This document shows positions 36,251 through 47,187 of a DNA stretch of 64,000 nt, one piece after another. A program made the translations under genes and the position numbers. Under the pieces are notes generated by a model. It did no database searches. It had not been told where the DNA came from and saw only the letters and a program-made list of their open reading frames with translations. The DNA is from Utricularia gibba (Eukaryota; Plantae; Magnoliophyta): NCBI GenBank assembly GCA_002189035.1, contig NEEC01000019.1, positions 1,736,001 to 1,800,000 on the forward strand, read 5' to 3'. Within the stretch, counting starts at the first letter, position 1; each line of letters starts with the position of its first letter.

Positions 36251-37488
36251 TCCTATGAATCTTTCGTGGCTGCTTCCTGCTATGATGATCTGATTTTATA
36301 TGTGTTACATTTTGTGAATATTTTTGGTAATTACCAAAAAAATCACACAAATTCAAAATATTTAATGATAAAAATATTTAATCATGGTAGTTTTACCGAA
36401 TTTTGTTATTTATTCTTAAATATTCTTAGAATAATGAATATTTTTCTTATTTAGAATACTGAAAAGTTACTTTTGTTATGAGTAAATGTGTGGAAATAAT
36501 ATTTTGAAAATATTAAAATCAATTAAATATATTTTAAGTCAGAATTTCTAATTTTTAAACATGGAAGCTATTATAATACAAATTGCCGGGACTCTTTTAT
36601 TAATTAAATTGAGTAATGGTTAAAGTTATTTAAAAGTCATTTGATAGTAGATTATAATACGTTTAAGTATAATATAATTGGATATATATAATATACGTGA
36701 TTATATATAATATTTTATATTTAAGAATAAAAGTCGTAATATGTGAGTATTATAAATATAACTAATTCAAAAAATGAGTATATGGGTTGTATAATCACAC
36801 AAAAATTGATATAAATATATTAGTTAATCAAACAACGGTTTATATATAAATTTGAGTATAAATATTCTATAATATACTATCAAATACGTTTTTAGAATTG
36901 TTTTCTATGTTTAGAATCTTTTTGCTCATATAGATTATGTTGTTGGGATATAATTTGTATTGATGTATTTTCATTTAACTTTAGTCAATGAGATTGTTCT
37001 AATAATATTCAATGTAATACATTAAAATAATTGTTTATAAGTATAAACAGTATATATTAACAATAGTTAATACAATTACTCAGAAAATATTTAAGACTCA
37101 TAAATATTACATGAAGTTTAATATTCAATATATAAAATTTACATTGAATATAAACATTCGACTCATTTATAATTTTAAAAAATTATTTACATGAAATAGT
37201 TTTAAAAGTTTATTGAATATATAATAAAAATAACATTATTTTTCATAATAATAACAATATTTGTATCAATATATTAATAAACTCAGTTGAATATATAACC
37301 AAAAATTAAAATATGATTTTAAAAAATATACCTTATACAATATTTTTTCATAAAATATTTTTATATAAGAACTGAAATTTTAAAATTAAATTCACAAATA
37401 TTGCTTATAAATTAATATATTTCACATAAAGTATAGTACAAACAAGAATATCAGCATCCAAGCAAATAAACACATGAAGGTATAAGCT

Positions 37489-37917
37489 TCAAATGGTCCC
37501 AATCCAATCCCAAATGCTCTCTTCACCCTTCTTCACAAAATCCAAATGAGCATTTCTAATGATCTCCGTTCGGGTTCGAGCGACCCCAGGATCCGTACCG
37601 GTGGTTGGAGCGATCGCGGGTTCCGTAACGGTGTTTGAACCGACCGAGGAATCTGTATCGGTGTTTGGATCGACCTTAAACTCGACGACGACGAAATTAT
37701 CAATCCTTTGGGCGGATTCGACGGTTCTGGAGCAGTCAATCGGGAGAGGAGCCAGCTTGAATTCATGTATATCGCGGCGCCGATTCACCACCTCGATTTC
37801 CAGAAATAGTTCATCTATGATATTCACTTTGATCTTGTGGGCATTATCTCTCACTTCAAGCTTGAATTGATATGTGGATTCATTGGGCTTTGTAGTTTCT
37901 ATCTCTCCGACGATCAT
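37489..37917 (-). CDS. Orphan ACD/HSP20-like family, array copy (intact, 142 aa) with Thr/Pro-rich repeat tail
   Basis: MIVGEIETTKPNESTYQFKLEV...HEFKLAPLPIDCSRTVESAQRIDNFVVVEF then DPNTDT-DSSVGSNTVT-EPAIAPTTGT-DPGVARTRT and an end ESIWDWIGTI. Confidence 0.75.
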   Translation of the reverse strand: MIVGEIETTKPNESTYQFKLEVRDNAHKIKVNIIDELFLEIEVVNRRRDIHEFKLAPLPIDCSRTVESAQRIDNFVVVEFKVDPNTDTDSSVGSNTVTEPAIAPTTGTDPGVARTRTEIIRNAHLDFVKKGEESIWDWIGTI

Positions 37918-38767
37918 TTTCACTGATTTTTTCTTCGATCCTTGAGGTGCTTGTTCATATGCTGATGTGATTTATATAAGAGTTATATTTTATGAATATG
38001 TTGCGTAATAAAATTCAAAACATTTCTGGATAAAGATATTAAATTATGAAAAATTTACAGCATTATTGTATTTATTTTCAAAGCTTTTACTCAATTTTAT
38101 TCCGAATATATTGTAATTTCTTTGAGAATTCTATTTATTATTGTATTACATGGAGGCGTTTAAAAATAATATTTTACATTAACTAAATATACATTTAATT
38201 CAGATAGAGTTAGACCCGAATACATCCTAGACGAGTTACGGGTTGGACCCATGGTTTTAGTTAAAGTACGGATCTATTGCGGTTCGAAACCACGGGTCAA
38301 AATTAAAAACTAAACCATAAATAATTTCAATCCACGGATCCAGTTATGAGTTTAACCCTTGTGATCAAAGTATTCAAAGCATGCAAACAATCATCTTATT
38401 AGGAACCAAATAAGCAAAGTAGGGTTAGTATATATTATTACTTTATCAGAATTTCGATTTTGCTATAATCAATTTTAGAAAAGTTTTTCCACATGCAACC
38501 ATAGTGTTCTTGATGATGCAGGTACACTACTGCATTGTAATTATATATTAGATTTACTTCATCAAGAAATTGTTATAATAGTAGTTGATGAGACTATAAA
38601 ACTTTGTATCTATAAATACTACAATAACCATGTAACATATAATTAGTATATTCCAAATACTCTTTCATACTAAAACATCATAGTTGCGTGACACAAGAAG
38701 AAGCCCTATTGTTTTAGCACTCAACAGATGCAAACAAACACAAGCATATTAATTAATTAGGAATATG

Positions 38768-38815
38768 GTTCAACGCTGAAGTTTGATGAGGATGACATAA
38801 TCTCTCTTTTTGAAT
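38768..38815 (-). pseudogene. Orphan ACD-like family relic (3' end only)
   Basis: TTCAACGCTGAAGTTTGATGAGGATGAC is homologous to the C-terminal codons of the 39344 copy; full 3' UTR block at 38620-38765. Confidence 0.55.
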
Positions 38816-39343
38816 ATGTTGTATAATTTTAAAAAAATAAATTCATAATATTTATTGGTAAAGATATTAAATGATGTGTTTTGTGTAAGTTCGTATTCAT
38901 TTTTAATATTTTATAGAATACTCAATTTTAGTTTGAATATTTTGTAATTTTTTATGTATTTTGTTTTGTTATTAATTTAAATTATTATTTTTATATGAAA
39001 CGTGTGAAAGGAGTCTTTTAACTTATTTTAAAAAGATTAATATCGATTAAATATATGCTTATATTTTAGCTATCATAACAATGTTTACAGAAATTCTTTT
39101 ATTGATTAAAATAGTTTTTTTAAACGTAACCATAATGTTCTTTATGACGTAAAACATAAAAACATTATCTCTGTAAATATTAAAATAACCATGTAATTAA
39201 TAATTAGTATATTTCAAATACTATAATATTACACCACGCGACACAAGAAGAAGAAACCCTATTGTTTTAGTTCTCAATACATGCACACAAACACAAGCAT
39301 CTTAATTGATTAGTAACTAAATAAATAAAGCAATTAAAAATAT

Positions 39344-39592
39344 TCAATGCTTAAGTTTGACGATAATGAAATTCTTTTTCTTTTTCACTTATTTGATCTT
39401 TTTCGGACAATGGGAGGGGAGACGTATGAACTTGTAGTCCCATTGAAGCTTCTCCAGATCCAGCACTTGGATCGAAAGAAGATCATCCAACACCTTGGCA
39501 TCGAACGTTATCACATTATCATCCACCTCAAGCTGGTATGCATAACTACAAATTTTTAGTGAACATACCCTCTGTATATTTCCCCGGCTCAT
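39344..39592 (-). pseudogene. Orphan ACD-like family copy, full length (82 codons) with one premature TAA at 39389-39391
   Basis: MSRGNIQ...YAYQLEVDDNVITFDAKVLDDLLSIQV...WDYKFIRLPSHCPKKIK*VKKKKNFIIVKLKH*. Confidence 0.82.
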
Positions 39593-40782
39593 TTTCACCT
39601 CTTTTTTCTAAAACTTGTGTGGTTTGTTGGTAGGTGGATGAAATATATATAAAGGTTAAGTTTTGGGATAATTTGAAAAGAAGAATTCAAAATATTTATT
39701 GAATTATGTTAGTTTGTGGGATTTTGTATTTATTTTTAACATTTTTTGGAATACTCAATTTAATATTTTGGTATATTTTGGTATATTTTGTTTTGTTAGT
39801 AATATAAATTACTTTTTTATATGTGTGAAAGTAATATTTTTTAATTATTCTAAAAATATTAAAATCAATTGCAGCTATCATAATAATGTTTACTGAAATT
39901 TTTATATTTCTCAAATTGAGTAATCTGTTATTTATTCTTAAAATTTTTTGCTATCTTCTGAATTTTTATTCTTTTTTTTTTCTATGAAAAATGTTTGAAA
40001 TAATATTTTAAAAATTTTGTGAATATGTTGCGTAATACAATTCAAAATATTTCTGGATAAAGATATTAAATTGTGACAAATATACAGAATATTTGTATTT
40101 ATTTTCAAAGCCTATGCTCAATTTTGTTTGGAATATATTGTAATTTCTTTGAGAATGATATTATATGGAGACGTTTGAAAATAATATTTTAAATTAACTA
40201 AATATACATTTAATTCAGATAGAGTTGGACCCACATCCATCTAGACGTGTTACAGGTTAGATCCATGGTTTTAGTTAAAATACGGATTTATTATGGTTCA
40301 AAACCCGTGGGTCAAAATTAAAAACCGAAGCGTAAATAGTTTCAACCCATGGATCCAATTATGAGTTTAACCCTTGTGATCAAAGTATTCAAAGCATGTA
40401 AATAAACATCTTTTTAGGAATCAAATAAGCAAAGCAAGGATAGTATATATTATTAATTCATGAGAATTTTCAATTTCGCTATAATCAATTTTAGAATAGT
40501 TTTTCCACATGTAATCATATTGTTCTTGATGATGCAGGTACACTACTGCATTGTAATTATATATTAGATTTACTTCATCAAGAAATTGTTATAATAGTAG
40601 TTGATGAGACTATAAAACTTTGTATCTATAAATACTACAATAACCATGTAACATATAATTAGTATATTCCAAATACTCTTTCATACTATAACATCATAGT
40701 AGCGTGACACAAGAAGGCCTATTGTTTTAGTACTCAATAGATGCAAACAAACACAAGCATCTTAATTAATTAGAAAGATGGT

Positions 40783-40830
40783 TCAATGCTGAAGTTTGAC
40801 GAGGATGACGTTATCTCTATTTTTTAATAT
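40783..40830 (-). pseudogene. Orphan ACD-like family relic (duplicate of the 38768 relic)
   Basis: TTCAATGCTGAAGTTTGACGAGGATGACG. Confidence 0.55.
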
Positions 40831-41303
40831 GTTGTATAATTTTAACAAAAGAAATTCATAATATTTATTGGTAAAGATATTAAATCATTTGTTTTGTGGA
40901 ATTTTTGTATTTATTTTTAATATTTTATGGAATACTCAATTTTAGTTTGAATATTTTGTAATTTTTTGTGTATTGTGTTTTGTTATTAATATAAATTACT
41001 TTTTTATATAGAAATGTATGAAAGTAGTCTATTAACTCATTTTAAAAAGATTAATATTGATTAAATATATGCTTATATTTTAGCTATCATAACAATGTTT
41101 ACAGAAATTCTTTTATTGATTAAAATAGTTTTTTTAAACGTAATCATAATGTTCTTTACGACGCAAAACATAAAAAACATTATCATTGCAAATATTACAA
41201 TAACCATGTAACTAATAATTAATATATTCCAAATACTATAACATCATAGTCACGCGACACAAGAAGAATAAATCCTATTGTTTTAGTACTCAATCGAAGC
41301 ACA

Positions 41304-41804
41304 CGTGATTGCGACTCGGCCGGTTAACCGGCGAGTCAAACCGGTTAACCGGTTTTCCTTGTCTCACCGGTTAACCGATTAAACGGGTATTGGTTTTTTA
41401 GGATTTTTTTGTTAAAAGCAGCCCTGATATTGATTATCTCAACTTGCAAGGTAATGATTGTTTATTTATAATACTATCTATGGTTCTTGGATAAACATTG
41501 CACAATATCAATTCTTAATTTTTCTTTTTTCAATGCTTGTTTTGTTTTTGCAATTGTATGTAAATGACATCTCAAATCAATGTATTTTTCTGATTTTTTA
41601 TGCTCAATGTTTGAGTTAATGAAAACTTAATAATAATGTTAATGTTTAGAGTTTTATGATTGAAGTTATTATGTTTGTAATTTATTCAATAATAATAATA
41701 ATAATATAAAATAATGAAAACTCAGAGTTTGACCGGTCAAACCGGTTTTTGAAACCGGATCAGTGGAGTACCGATCCGGTTTTGAAACCCGAGTCGCAAT
41801 CATA
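41304..41804. mobile_element. 501-bp non-autonomous hAT-type element (MITE)
   Basis: 14-bp perfect inverted repeat TGATTGCGACTCGG / CCGAGTCGCAATCA; degenerate 8-bp TSD GAAGCACA / CATGCACA; ACCGGTT subterminal repeats; the paralogous site at ~39275-39290 is empty. Confidence 0.85.
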
Positions 41805-41868
41805 CATGCACACAAACACAAGCATCTTAATTGATTAGTTACTAAATAAATAAAGTAATTAAGAAGAT

Positions 41869-42091
41869 TCAACGCTTAAGTTTGACGATAATGAAGTTCT
41901 TTTTCTTTTTCTGAGGAGAGAGGCATGAACTTGCAGTCCCATAGAAGGGTCTCCGGATCCACCACTTTGATCCGTAGAAGATCATCATATACCACCTTGG
42001 CATCGAAGATCTTCACATCATGATCCACCTCAAGCTGGAATGCATACTTGCAATTTTTTAGATCTGCAATCTGTATATTTCCCTTGCTCAT
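41869..42091 (-). pseudogene. Orphan ACD-like family copy with an internal deletion and frameshift near the C-terminus
   Basis: MSKGNIQ...YAFQLEVDHDVKIFDAKVVYDDLLRIKV...WDCKFMPL; the segment equivalent to HCPKKIKSV is missing and KKKKNFIIVKLKR* is out of frame. Confidence 0.8.
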
Positions 42092-42703
42092 TTTCACCTT
42101 TTTTTTTTCTGAAACTTGTGTGTGGTTTGTTGGTAGGTGGATGAAATATATATAAAGTTTGAAATTTGGGATAATTTTAAAAAAAAAAGAATTCAAAATA
42201 TTTAATGAACTATGTTAGTTTTTGGGATTTTTGTATTTATTTTTGTGTATTTTATTTTGTTAATAATACAAATTACTTTTTTATACTTGTGAAATTAATA
42301 TTTTTTAATTATTCTAAAAATATTAAAATCAATTGCAGCTATCATAATAATGTTTACTGAAATTTTTATATTACTCAAATTGAGTAATTTTTTATTTATT
42401 CTTAAAATTTTTTGATATCTTTTGAATTTTTATTCTTTTTTTCTATGAAAAATATTTGAAATAATATTTTAAAAATTTTGATTAAAATAAATTAAACATA
42501 TGTTTTATTCAGAATTCCCAGATTCCAAACATAGAAAAAAAAAGTCGAAATTCTGAAGACCCAATTTGTATTTCTTAGTGTAAATGTTTATCTAAAATTA
42601 TTTTAATATAAAAAAACATAAGTGAATAAAAACACTTTTTCAATAAAAATTTTTAAAAAAAGTACATAAAATTGTGTTTTATTCTGCTTAACTAGAAAAA
42701 AGA

Positions 42704-45700
42704 TCATGGGAAGGTGAAGCCTGAGGATCCCGGAGTGGGCTGGCCGTTGTTGGGGTTGACGGCCACCCAGAGCAACGAGAGTGTTATCGCAATAAGCCCA
42801 GACCAGACGTAGATGATCGTCGGAGTTTTAGCCTGTCGGCCCATGAGGCCTTTCGCGAATGGGTAGAGATGAGCCAGCACCCAGAAACTGAAGAAGGCGC
42901 CGCCGATGAACTTGCTCCACGCCGGCACCGTTTCGTACACCGTCCTCGAGAAGGCTACCACCATGGCGATGATGTTCACCATTCCGATCACAATGGGGGG
43001 TATCATGAGGGACGTCCATTTCACCAGATAGAGATCTGCATAGATGTCGTCCTCATCCTCCGCCGCGGATTTGGAGGTGAGGGTGAAGGAGATCTCTATC
43101 CCTGCGATCACTTTCAGGAGTCCTTGCACCACCGCTGCTAAGTGGGCGCTGGTGCCGGAAATGAGCCAGAACTGTTCGTTTCTCCACCATTGCTCGAGCT
43201 CCACGCCCGACCATTTGACTTCCAGGATGGCTAATCCGATGAGGCAGAGTGACATGCAGAGGAGGAGGACCAGGAATGTGACATCCAGATTCTGTACTAT
43301 GAAATACCCAGAGAACAGAGACAGTGCGGGGAGAAAGCAGTAGACGATGAGGAAGAAGGAGGTGAAGGGGTAGATCCCCACGTTCAGATACGCCAAGCGT
43401 TGGAGAAGCTTCAGATTCTTGCTGGCGAGAAAGGCGTTGTTTCTGGAGAAGAATATCTCGACAGAGCCCGTTGCCCATCTCAGAACCTGATGAAGCCTGT
43501 CTGTGAGATTGATCGGAGCAGAACCACGAAAAGCATCACGCTTGGTTACACAGTACACCGAGCGCCAGCCACGGTTGTGCATCCGGTAGCCGGTGACCAC
43601 ATCCTCCGTCACCGATCCATAGATCCATCCAACGCGATCGCCCCACTCTGTTTTGTCCTCGTACCAGCATGATATCACAGATACCGACTCCGCCACCGTA
43701 GTAGCATTGAGGGGCTGCCGGGGCGCTCTGAGTATTCCGGGGGGCCTTCCATATTTCACGGCGGGATGATCCGCGATGGGCCGCCCATGGAACTCTGCAA
43801 CAGGTATAGACTCCGCTAACATGGTAGAGTTCCCGAATCTCTTGGGTAGCAAATTGACATCCAAATCGGGATCAAAATCGGTTGCCTCCAGAGCATTCGT
43901 CTCTGATTTCTTTTCCAAGCTCAGCATTTTATCAACTTTCGGTGGCTCAAAGCCGTAGAGAGCAAATCTCCGGAACATGCAGCCAGTCCCGACGTACACC
44001 GGCCCTTGGAGGCCATCGAGGGCCCTCATGTTCCCATCGAAGAAGACAGTATTGTGATTAGCATATCGATCGGAAGGGTCGATACCCTCGAACCTCTGGG
44101 GAAATTGGATGTAGCAGATGTCTTCGCCGCCTCTGTCCATCATGAAACACATCCCTTCTCGAATAGCATTCGTGTTGTATATGTAATGATCGCAGTCAAG
44201 ATTGAGGATGAAGGGGCCATTAGAGAGGACTGCAGATGCTCGCACCAGAGCATTCATTGCCCCAGCTTTCTTGTTGTGGTCGTATCCGGGGCGCTTTTCT
44301 CGGGAGACGTAAACGAACATCGGCAAGCGTATGTCGACGTCGCTGAAGTCTATGAACTCCTCGTTTGAGCTTCCCATCAATGGGTTGCTACTGGGAGGCT
44401 TCAGCATCACCTGATAAACAGGGGAAGTGACTGATCAAGTGTACTTTTCAGGCGATGAGATTGCTGTTCTGTTGTACCTGGAGAATTCCGGCGTGGTCGC
44501 CTTTGGCATGCTCCCGTGAAGAAGGAGCCCAGGTACCAGGCCAATGTGTGCCGTCTGCCATCCAAGTTGCTTTGAGAACTTTTATAGGTTCCAGATTGCT
44601 GCCCCCACTCTCCCTCAGATTCTTTATCATCTTCATTTCTTCTCTTGCATTGAAAGCCTCTGATCTTCTCCGAATCGAATCAGGGAGCCCATTGATTCTG
44701 ACCTTAAATTCATCGTATTCCCTCTTCACCTTCCGCCTATCCTTCACAAAATCGAGTCTTTTCTTGTTCTTTGTTGGGTCGCCCTTTAGACTGAAATAAG
44801 TATCTGGATTCCGAGGTTCAATATCGTGCTTCCTGCAAAAAGGCACCCATAAATCTGCAAAGCTCGCTGCCTCCGCCATTGCCTCAAAGGTAAGAAGAGC
44901 TCCACCGTCATCAGAAAGATAGCACGACAGCTTCTCCACCGGGTAGTTAACGGCTAGAATCGACAGTATCGTGTTTGCGGTCACCAATGGCGGCTCCTTC
45001 TCAGGATCAGCAGTAGAAACAAAAAAATCCAATCCTGGAAGATCAGAGCGCCCTGTTGGATTGGAAGGTGATGGCATTTCGAACTTATCACGCAGCAGAT
45101 CCAGATCAGCAGACCGATTAACCGGATGAACCTTAGGAACCTGATCCAGAATCCAAGAAAACGCAAACCATATCTCGCATGTAACTGACATAAGCCATAG
45201 CCAGATTGCCTCTGTGTTGGGATGCCTTACTCTCCATGTCAAGAAGAAACCCATTAAAATCAACCTCGTCACAATCAAAAGCCTGTATGGGCTGATGATG
45301 CTGGTGGGCACCAGTATAACCCGACTGAGAGGCCTCCAGGGCTTATCAGATGTCTCCAGCATCCCCTGATGCATTTCGCCGTCGTCGTCTTCCCCGTCCT
45401 TCGGCCAATACGCATTCCCATATCCATAGGTTCCCTGTGTCGTCTCAAACAGCCATTTGTTATGGTCGAATTCACCATTCTGGTTCCTTTTCATTATAGA
45501 CATGTTGTGACTCTCCCTCTTTGGATTATTGGGTGCTGTCAGAGACAGTGCTCCCTTTGAGTAGTTGGGTATCTCGTTATCATCATCAAATTCATCAACT
45601 TTGTAGGGCTCCTTGCACCCCGGACAGAGCCCAGTGTCTTTGAAAGCGTCCATGTAGCAGTCTCTGCAAATTTTAAACCTGCATTCGCAGGGCACAATGT

Positions 45701-46141
45701 CGTCCCCTCTCTCGTCCTTCATCACATTGCCGTCACAGGCCGTCATTGCGCAGGAGGCACCTTTGGACCCCGCCATCTGGGGATGCCGAACCTCGGAGTC
45801 AATCACCTTGTCCATGAGATGAGCTCGTGTCACGCTGTTGAATCCCCCGTGAAAAGGGAGTTCGACACGTACTGCTCCTCCGCCTTGGTGGCGACGGAGG
45901 AATCCATCGGCTGGTTGTCCGGCGTGGGCGGAATGTGAACGGTGTAGTTCATGTAATCCCCGGAGAACTCTCCGGACATGTCCAGATCTTCCTGAGACAA
46001 GCTCACGTACCTCCCGCTGGAGGTCCTGCGAGCGAATTTCACCGTTTGGGCGTTGGATCCACGGTTGCCCCCTTGGGAGCTCTCCGTGGAGGAGCCACGT
46101 AATGATTTCTTGGGAGGCGGTTGGCTTGTTGCAGTCGCCAT
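42704..46141 (-). CDS. CSLD4: Cellulose synthase-like D, CSLD4-type; one intron (44411-44477); one -1 frameshift at C5 45844-45848
   Basis: [34 protein letters not shown]-like Cys region, DDG / DCD / TED / QVLRW catalytic motifs and 8-TM layout; adding one base restores [11 protein letters not shown]. Confidence 0.93.
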
Positions 46142-47187
46142 TGAAGATCAGATGAAGCTTTTGAACCCCTCGTAGTCAATGGCGATGAACAGCATTCTCC
46201 CGGGAAATGAGAAATAAATCCATGAAACTCGTCTCCATCATCAGAAATCGCCTGCGAAACTATTCTCAACCTTCCGGCGGGACCAAAACTCTTGAACTAA
46301 ATTATTCATCAACTGAAAAATCGATTTCTTTATCGATTTTTTCGCTCTTTCGATCCTTTTGCTTGTTTTTTTTTTCTATAAATAGGAATTTTTGTTTTAC
46401 TTTATATTTTCAGAGAGAATAATTATTTACCATTATTAAAAAATAATATTTTACAAATTAATTTAATCTATTATATATTTTGATTACTCATATTCAAATC
46501 CATTAATAGTTTATAAATTATATGTTAAATAAATTATTTATGACTATATGTGGTTATTTGCAAAAAAAAAAAAAGTGATGGGTTATTTGCAAATTTCTAA
46601 TTCATCAGACAATTATTATTTACAAAAATGGTCACTATGATATTATCTCACATATTTAATAAAAAAAATACACAAAACAATTATTTTTTTCACACAATAT
46701 TTGGCATATGACCCATGAATCATACACAACAAAAACGTCCCGGTCGCAGTGATGAAGGAAGAGAAGAAATGGTAACCACACAACTTGGTGAAAACTAAGC
46801 GTGTTTCCCATGTATGACTTGGAACGGTCGATATCTACTTTTTTGTTTGAATTTCAAAATTCGAAGACTAAAATGCCTACAAACGAAATAAATTATTATT
46901 TTATAATATAGTATCTAATTACGTAAGTCGATAATAAAAATTTGGGTATTATTATTTATTATATATTTTGACTAATTGACTTTGTAATTTGTTTATATTT
47001 TTAATAAAAAATGGAAAATGTATAATCGGTGGAGCTAATCTGGACGCTAACTCATATATTTGGGTGGCCGGAACGGCGAGGGTTCGCTTTCACGTTTCAA
47101 TATTCGAATCCGCGTTCCCGGTGCTTCTCCCCGTCTCGATTGTTTGTCGGTGTCCTCTTTCGTCTCACCGTTGAACAGATTCCGGAA

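Larger units (their letters stand above)
37985..42480. repeat. Recent tandem duplication: ~37985-40010 repeated at ~40015-42480 (second unit carries a 501-bp hAT insertion)
   Basis: Long near-identical stretches, e.g. 38505-38670 vs 40525-40685 and 39841-39960 vs 42305-42423. Confidence 0.9.

Noticed and set aside
38200-38375. AACCC/GGGTT-rich segment duplicated at 40220-40385
   Set aside because: Probably a decayed MITE older than the duplication; no termini could be defined and it is not telomeric repeat
31318-40830. 3'-only relics of the micro-gene family as 5'-truncated retrocopies
   Set aside because: No poly(A) tails or TSDs; they lie in tandem, in the same orientation, inside larger duplicated units, consistent with DNA duplication plus deletion
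29769-42196. Longer N-termini for family members in the ORF track (starts at 30116, 32995, 42196 and the GTG starts)
   Set aside because: These starts fall at or upstream of the TATA box or use GTG; the ATG in the shared GTGAA(A/T)ATG context gives a consistent start
29700-42200. The array as a CRISPR-like or satellite repeat
   Set aside because: Units are 1-2 kb gene-containing duplications with protein-level homology, not short repeat-spacer arrays
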